From assembly GCA_013694995.1 (NCBI GenBank), contig JACDBH010000004.1, positions 60,828 through 124,827 of the forward strand: a DNA stretch of 64,000 nucleotides. The letters are read 5' to 3'. Within the stretch, counting starts at the first letter, position 1. Each line of letters begins with the position of its first letter. The stretch is from Candidatus Saccharimonadota bacterium (GTDB taxonomy: Bacteria > Patescibacteriota > Saccharimonadia > Saccharimonadales > JACDBH01). A program made the position numbers and the translations under genes. Below the pieces are notes generated by a model, which worked only from the letters and a program-made list of their open reading frames with translations, was not told the origin of the DNA and made no database searches. Positions 57,366-64,000 of the stretch are shown here, piece after piece.

Positions 57366-58577
57366 TTGTACAGCTTTTCCGCTTTCTTCTATAGCATAAT
57401 AAGGGAACACCCCTTGGAGTTAACTATTCGTAGTCTACCCCAAATAACTGAGCACTCGATTGCCATTGCCGGCTCAGTGAAGTCAACAGTCAGTATCAAG
57501 CCAACCAAGGGCTTGGCAAAATTCGCCAGGCGTAACCGCAAACGGCTTATTAGGTATGGCCTTTTGGCTGGTAATCTTGCTATTGTCGTTGTGGCTGTTA
57601 TTATGATTGCTCGACATTCCGGTGGCAATGCGGCAAGCTTCAGCGCTTTCAATACCGCCAGCGAAACCCAAGTTTCTAATCCGCTTGACACTGTTTCGGC
57701 CGCTGATATTGCTGTTAGCGTGGCTATCATGGCCCAGCTACCCGAGACAGGGTTGATTATTAACTATGCCGACTCAGTCAGTGCTGAACTTACTAAACCA
57801 ATTACGTCTAAAGACACGGTAACCAAGTCCCAGATCTTAAGTTCGGCTATTAAAACTAAGTTTGATGTCCAGGAATATGTTGTGGCCCAGGGCGACACCC
57901 TATCTTCGCTAGCTACTAAATTTGGTGTCACGTCAGAAAGTATCAAATGGTCAAATAGCCTGGGCAGTAATACGGTCAACCCTGGCATTAAGTTGCTTAT
58001 TCCACCGGTCAACGGCATTGTTTATACTGTAAAGTCTGGCGATAACGCTGAGACGTTGGCTCAGAAATTCTATGTCAGCAAGGAACAGATTGTGCAATTT
58101 AACGATGCCGAAATTGCTGGACTTACAGCTGGTGAGCGCATTGTGATTCCCGGCGGCACAATTAAGGCAGCAACATCTAAAGCCAAGCCTTTTTATGCTG
58201 GCTTTGCATTTGGCAACTCCGCTATCTATGGCTATAACGGCTATGTCCCCGGCTACTGCACCTGGTATGTCGCTAACAAGCGTATTCAAATTGGCCGGCC
58301 GCTGCCCGCCAATCTAGGTGATGCCTTTACTTGGGATGATTACGCTGCCCGTGCAGGTATTCGTGTTGATCGCAATCCCGAAGCTGGCGCCGCTGTAGTA
58401 ACGGGTACGTCACGTCGTCCTGGCCATGTCGCCTATGTAGAAGAAGTTTACTATAACGAAGACGGTTCGGTGAACAGCGTAAAGATATCAGAAATGAACG
58501 CTCGCAATATTCGCTATGAGATACGCAGCCGAGTTATGGTTGGCAGTGAAGCTCTTGGCTATAATTACGTACACTAA
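57366..58577 (+). CDS. Peptidoglycan hydrolase with two LysM domains and a C-terminal CHAP domain
   Basis: LysM repeats YVVAQGDTLSSLATKFGV and YTVKSGDNAETLAQKFYV. CHAP Cys region GYCTWYVANKR and His region RPGHVAYVEEV. N-terminal TM. Confidence 0.8.
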   Translation: MYSFSAFFYSIIREHPLELTIRSLPQITEHSIAIAGSVKSTVSIKPTKGLAKFARRNRKRLIRYGLLAGNLAIVVVAVIMIARHSGGNAASFSAFNTASETQVSNPLDTVSAADIAVSVAIMAQLPETGLIINYADSVSAELTKPITSKDTVTKSQILSSAIKTKFDVQEYVVAQGDTLSSLATKFGVTSESIKWSNSLGSNTVNPGIKLLIPPVNGIVYTVKSGDNAETLAQKFYVSKEQIVQFNDAEIAGLTAGERIVIPGGTIKAATSKAKPFYAGFAFGNSAIYGYNGYVPGYCTWYVANKRIQIGRPLPANLGDAFTWDDYAARAGIRVDRNPEAGAAVVTGTSRRPGHVAYVEEVYYNEDGSVNSVKISEMNARNIRYEIRSRVMVGSEALGYNYVH

Positions 58578-58664
58578 ATCGTCGTATGGAGTGGTGAAGT
58601 GCTGCAATCTAGAGCTAGGACCCACTAAAAGGTAGACTCGTATCTGTTAATGTTGTATAATTAA

Positions 58665-59999
<1,335 letters not shown>

Positions 60000-60065
60000 T
60001 TAGCGTTAATTGGACTAATAGTATGACAAAAGTGTTCGGGTAGCTTTATTAAAAAAGCTCAGGAA

Positions 60066-61523
60066 GTGTACACTGGTTCTTACATGCAACAGACATTTTA
60101 TTTTTATGATTTGGAAACCAGTGGAGTTATACCTAAAACGAGCCGTGTTTTGCAGTTCGCTGGGCAGCGGACGGATATGCAGCTCAAACCTGTATCGCCG
60201 CCAGACAATATTTTTATACGCCTGAGCGAGGACATCCTGCCGGAGCCGGATGCCATTCTTATAAATGGGATTACACCGCAAAAGACTCGTACAGACGGCA
60301 TTAGCGAGGCTGAATTCCTTAGATATTTCCAGAAAAACATCAGCCTACCTGGTACGATTTTCACCGGCTTTAATAGTATTCGTTTTGATGATGAGTTTAT
60401 GCGTTATATGCACTACCGTAATTTTTATGATCCTTACGAATGGTCATGGAAAGACGGACGTAGCCGCTGGGATATTTTAGATGTAGTAAGAATGACGCGT
60501 GCACTACGGCCGGAGGGTATTGAATGGCCGGTAGATAGCTCGGGCAAGCCGACGAACCGTCTGGAATATTTGACTCGCTTAAATAAGCTCGAACATGAAG
60601 ATGCCCACGATGCTCTAAGTGATGTTAACGCCACCATCGCTGTCGCTAGAATGATTTATAACAAACAACCTAAATTGTTTAATTTTTTGCTGGAGTACAG
60701 AGATAAGAAAAAAATCGCAGAACTAGCTGCTAACGGCCAGTCTTTTGTCTATAGTAGCGGCAAATATCCCAGTTTGTATCATAAAACTACAGTTGTAACG
60801 GTACTAGGCCCGCATCCCGGCAAGCAAGGAGTGTTAGTCTATGATTTGCGGACCGATCCGGAAATACTAAAGGCTATGATACCGGCTGAGATGGCAAAAG
60901 TATGGATGGAGCGGGTGGAGGACGAAACCAAACGCTTCCCTGTTAAGACTCTGCAGTTCAACCGCTGTCCGGCAGTCGCGCCACTTTCTGTATTGGACAA
61001 AGCTAGCAGGGAACGTATATCCATAGATCCAAGCATAATAACTAATCATAAGAATGCATTAACTAAGCACCCTGACTTATATGAGCGGCTGCTTTCGGCA
61101 CTTACCATTATGGACAAGCAGCAGCAAGGCAAGTTTTTGGTTGATGAGCAAGATGTAGACTGCCAGCTGTACGAAGGTTTCTTTGATGAGCGAGATAAAA
61201 CCGGAATGTCGGTTGTCCGCGCCGCTGAAGCTGAGGAAGTAAACTCTTTGGATATGCAGTTTACCGATGAACGGCTCAATAAACTCCTTCCGCTCTATAA
61301 AGCACGCAATTTCCCGGATTCTATGACGCACGACGAACGCATCTCCTGGGAGGCTTTTCGATACCATAAACTTATGGGAGGTGGCGCAAAAAGCCTGGCT
61401 AGCCACTACTTTATGCGTCTAAGTGAGCTCGCAAAACGCCAACGGCTTAGTTCTGAGCAGCAGTACTTATTAGAAGAACTGCAGTTATACGGAGAAAGTA
61501 TACTACCCGAACCAGACCTTTAA
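60066..61523 (+). CDS. sbcB: Exodeoxyribonuclease I
   Basis: DEDDh motifs FYFYDLETSG (Exo I) and HDALSDV (Exo III). Exonuclease I SH3-like/C-terminal region. An alternative ATG start at 60084 (MQQTFYF) is possible. Confidence 0.8.
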   Translation: MYTGSYMQQTFYFYDLETSGVIPKTSRVLQFAGQRTDMQLKPVSPPDNIFIRLSEDILPEPDAILINGITPQKTRTDGISEAEFLRYFQKNISLPGTIFTGFNSIRFDDEFMRYMHYRNFYDPYEWSWKDGRSRWDILDVVRMTRALRPEGIEWPVDSSGKPTNRLEYLTRLNKLEHEDAHDALSDVNATIAVARMIYNKQPKLFNFLLEYRDKKKIAELAANGQSFVYSSGKYPSLYHKTTVVTVLGPHPGKQGVLVYDLRTDPEILKAMIPAEMAKVWMERVEDETKRFPVKTLQFNRCPAVAPLSVLDKASRERISIDPSIITNHKNALTKHPDLYERLLSALTIMDKQQQGKFLVDEQDVDCQLYEGFFDERDKTGMSVVRAAEAEEVNSLDMQFTDERLNKLLPLYKARNFPDSMTHDERISWEAFRYHKLMGGGAKSLASHYFMRLSELAKRQRLSSEQQYLLEELQLYGESILPEPDL

Positions 61524-61540
61524 TTTTTTTACCGACTAAT

Positions 61541-61726
61541 TTACAGTGCGTGGAAAGTAGCTAGTGAAGTAATAAGTTTCTGTACCTGACGGCGAGCTGC
61601 CCAAGTAATAATGCTTTCAACTAAAAATATGAGCAACACGAAACCTGAGCTCAACAGCAGGATGTCTCTAAAAGTAAGTTGAACCGAAGTGCCAGGCACA
61701 AGGCCTAGTACAATTAAGTCGAGCAT
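61541..61726 (-). CDS. Possible small membrane protein (61 aa)
   Basis: Two hydrophobic helices in the ORF. No other support. Confidence 0.25.
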   Translation of the reverse strand: MLDLIVLGLVPGTSVQLTFRDILLLSSGFVLLIFLVESIITWAARRQVQKLITSLATFHAL

Positions 61727-61799
61727 TATTAGCCACCTATTTAATTTAGTACATTATAATAAATAATAGTACTTATGTCAATAGTATTATATAAAAAGC

Positions 61800-62222
61800 T
61801 TATGGTTTAGATTTGGACTTAAATAGGGCTGCGATTTTATCAAACCGGTCACGGTTGAATAAAAATATTACAAGTCCGAAAGTTATCATGATAGTACCAA
61901 CTGCCGACAACAATCGTTTATCGGAATTCAGTAGTACATATATCCCGCCAAGTATGATAACAACCGACCCAAAGTCGTAGAATAAACGTACCCATGGACT
62001 ACTAGGAAACAAGTATTTCTTGAGGGTAGTACCTTTATATTTAACCGTTTCCATCCAGCGTTCGGCCCAATCATGGTTGACCGCAAGTAAGCTTAATCCA
62101 AGGATAAGCAAAGGTATGCCGCCAGGTCCTGGTAGCCACCCAAACAGTGCCACGCCGATAAAACATAGCCCCGCTAAAGTATCGAATAGTATAACTTTAC
62201 CGTATTTTTTTAGCTTATTCAT
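61800..62222 (-). CDS. Membrane protein with PGPGG(W) motif (about 4 TM)
   Basis: GWLPGPGGIPLLILGLSLLAVNHDWAERW. Hydrophobic profile consistent with 3-4 helices. Confidence 0.5.
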   Translation of the reverse strand: MNKLKKYGKVILFDTLAGLCFIGVALFGWLPGPGGIPLLILGLSLLAVNHDWAERWMETVKYKGTTLKKYLFPSSPWVRLFYDFGSVVIILGGIYVLLNSDKRLLSAVGTIMITFGLVIFLFNRDRFDKIAALFKSKSKP

Positions 62223-62322
62223 GAAATTAGTATAACAGCTTACAACTGAGCATATTTCACAACATAAACGGTTTGCTTTAACAAAAAGCTTATTGCTACA
62301 CTGACATGTAAGTGAAGGTCAT

Positions 62323-62988
62323 ATGAGGCATAGGCATAACCAACGTTCACAGTTGCCTGCTAACCGCGAACTTAGGCAGGGTATAAATCATCGAGCTATT
62401 ACCCGATCGTTTGGTATCAGACGCTTATTGGATGAAGAATCAGCGTCTAGGATTAGAGTTGTTTGGGACGACCTTCAGGAGGACAACGACATACCTGGGG
62501 ACATGGTAGCGAGACCTGAGCCAGGTGTTACGCTGCTGCCAATGTGGCATTTAGGCAACCAAATGAAACGTGGGATAGTGCTGGGCTACAAGCTAGGAAA
62601 GGCAAATGCCGACTTTGAGCACGATGAAAAGCTTAGTACAACGACCTCGGAATCAGTAGAGGCTACCCTTGGTAAAATATTAGTTCATAAACGCCGCGCA
62701 ATTTACGTTGAAGTAGAAAGTGCGCACTTAGACGAAGAAGAAAGAAGCATGTATCGAATACTCGGCAATATTGGATATAAGGGAGCGAACAGAAGAATAG
62801 GTAAGCCGCATCATATAACTATCGGTGATGCTGCTCCCGGATTCAAATTAAGCTTGACTGAAGAGAAACATATCAAAGGGTTGTCGCCAGATGTATTTCA
62901 GGGCGAGACTGTGATGCTCGAACAATGGAATATCTATCCAGACCAAAGCCAAACCAAGCAGTTTGTTGAAATAGTTGATGATTTTTAA
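62323..62988 (+). CDS. Hypothetical protein
   Basis: 221-aa ORF. The start may be at an internal Met. No motifs. Confidence 0.4.
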   Translation: MRHRHNQRSQLPANRELRQGINHRAITRSFGIRRLLDEESASRIRVVWDDLQEDNDIPGDMVARPEPGVTLLPMWHLGNQMKRGIVLGYKLGKANADFEHDEKLSTTTSESVEATLGKILVHKRRAIYVEVESAHLDEEERSMYRILGNIGYKGANRRIGKPHHITIGDAAPGFKLSLTEEKHIKGLSPDVFQGETVMLEQWNIYPDQSQTKQFVEIVDDF

Positions 62989-63060
62989 TGTAGCCATATG
63001 CCGGTACATGCAGTAAGGGTCTAGAATTTATCTCTGTTTTCATGTATAATCCTCCCGTTT

Positions 63061-64000
63061 ATGGCGGACTATATAGAGATTAAGGGAGCGAGGGAACATA
63101 ACCTCCGTAACGTGGATTTGACAATACCGCGTGGTAAGCTCGTGGTCATAACCGGCTTAAGTGGCTCGGGCAAATCGTCACTAGCATTCGATACAATCTA
63201 CGCCGAGGGCCAGCGCCGCTATGTGGAGTCTTTAAGTAGCTATGCCCGTCAGTTTTTGGGCATCATGGAAAAACCAGATGTTGATCAAATTGATGGCTTG
63301 AGCCCGGCGATATCAATTGATCAAAAATCTACATCGCGTAACCCGCGCAGCACGGTCGCTACTGTAACAGAAATATATGACTATCTTCGTCTTTTGTATG
63401 CGCGTATCGGTATACCGCACTGTCCGATATGCAATAAAGCTGTTACTCGTCAAACTACCCAGAATATAATTGACCAGATATCTAGATTACCCACTGACGC
63501 CAAGTTAATAGTGCTTGCACCAGTAGTAATAGATAAAAAAGGCGCCTTCGAACATATTCCAGAACAATTCATGCGCCTTGGTTTTGCCCGCGCCCGGGTT
63601 GACCAGGTAATTTATGCCTTGGATGAATTCCCTGAATTAGATAAGAATTATAAACATACGATTGAAATCGTTGTCGATCGGCTCGTTAATGAAGAGACCA
63701 GCCGCACCCGTCTGGCGCAAAGCGTCGAGACTGCGCTTGAGCTGGCGGACGGCAAACTAAAGGTTCATCATGCCGACACCAATCAGGATACGATTTATTC
63801 GTTGCGTTATGCGTGCGTCGACCATCCGGATGTAGCGATACCTGAGCTCGAACCGCGGACGTTTAGTTTTAATTCGCCGCATGGTGCCTGCCCGGTATGC
63901 ACAGGCCTAGGGAACCGCATGGAGGTTGATCCGGAGCTGGTTATCCCCAATGGGCGGCTGACTATCTCGGAAGGAGCCATCAGGCCCTTCAATCGTATAA
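63061..64000 (+). CDS. uvrA: Excinuclease ABC subunit A, N-terminal part (continues beyond window end)
   Basis: [67 protein letters not shown] matches the UvrA N-terminus nearly residue-by-residue, with Walker [10 protein letters not shown]. The frame is open to position 64000. Confidence 0.85.
   Translation, partial: MADYIEIKGAREHNLRNVDLTIPRGKLVVITGLSGSGKSSLAFDTIYAEGQRRYVESLSSYARQFLGIMEKPDVDQIDGLSPAISIDQKSTSRNPRSTVATVTEIYDYLRLLYARIGIPHCPICNKAVTRQTTQNIIDQISRLPTDAKLIVLAPVVIDKKGAFEHIPEQFMRLGFARARVDQVIYALDEFPELDKNYKHTIEIVVDRLVNEETSRTRLAQSVETALELADGKLKVHHADTNQDTIYSLRYACVDHPDVAIPELEPRTFSFNSPHGACPVCTGLGNRMEVDPELVIPNGRLTISEGAIRPFNRI

Overview
The window is about 64 kb of a low-GC (roughly 40-45%) bacterial chromosome. 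Genes are short and tightly packed or overlapping, and the cell envelope is Gram-positive type (LPXTG sortase substrates, LysM/CHAP and RpfB-like wall hydrolases, MurD/MurI). Several reduced-genome traits are visible: an AlaRS lacking the C-Ala domain, small MurI and epsilon subunits, and weak RBSs on many genes. This fits a Candidate Phyla Radiation / Saccharibacteria-like or other reduced monoderm lineage, but that is inference from composition and gene content only.

The housekeeping backbone is folD-murI, murD, pyk-pgk-tpiA, pcrA/uvrD, a NUDIX hydrolase, ksgA, tmRNA, a trehalase, metG, tatD, a cysteine desulfurase, an F-type ATP synthase operon, mnmA, alaS, ftsA, ruvX-mltG, obg, sbcB and the 5' part of uvrA.

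Six regions stand out:
- 43914-49161: a five-gene surface locus with three paralogous secreted proteins whose C-terminal motif (G-x-Y-R/S-T-T-V/L-V ... F/Y) resembles SCPU/Csu-type archaic chaperone-usher pilins, a PapD-like membrane-anchored protein and a PKD-domain membrane protein. No usher is present, and the organism is apparently monoderm.
- About 8870-10910: a sharply bounded ~2 kb island at ~65-70% GC with two genes carrying Pro/Thr-rich linkers, strong SD sites and a TTG start. It is flanked by structured non-coding DNA and three ~40-bp tandem repeats.
- 36038-42445: an ATP synthase operon with no subunit a gene, a c-subunit fused to a ~200-aa N-terminal secreted domain, and an alpha subunit with a ~130-aa E/K/P-rich tail.
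- 15182-15383: an intact tRNA-Glu preceded by a 5'-half copy interrupted by a 33-nt hairpin insertion.
- 59936-59999: a 14-bp perfect direct repeat flanking a copy of a hairpin motif that also occurs at 13174.
- 3246-8309: a signalling cluster with two stand-alone CheY-like response regulators and a multi-TM histidine kinase.

No CRISPR array, rRNA or recognisable transposase was seen.
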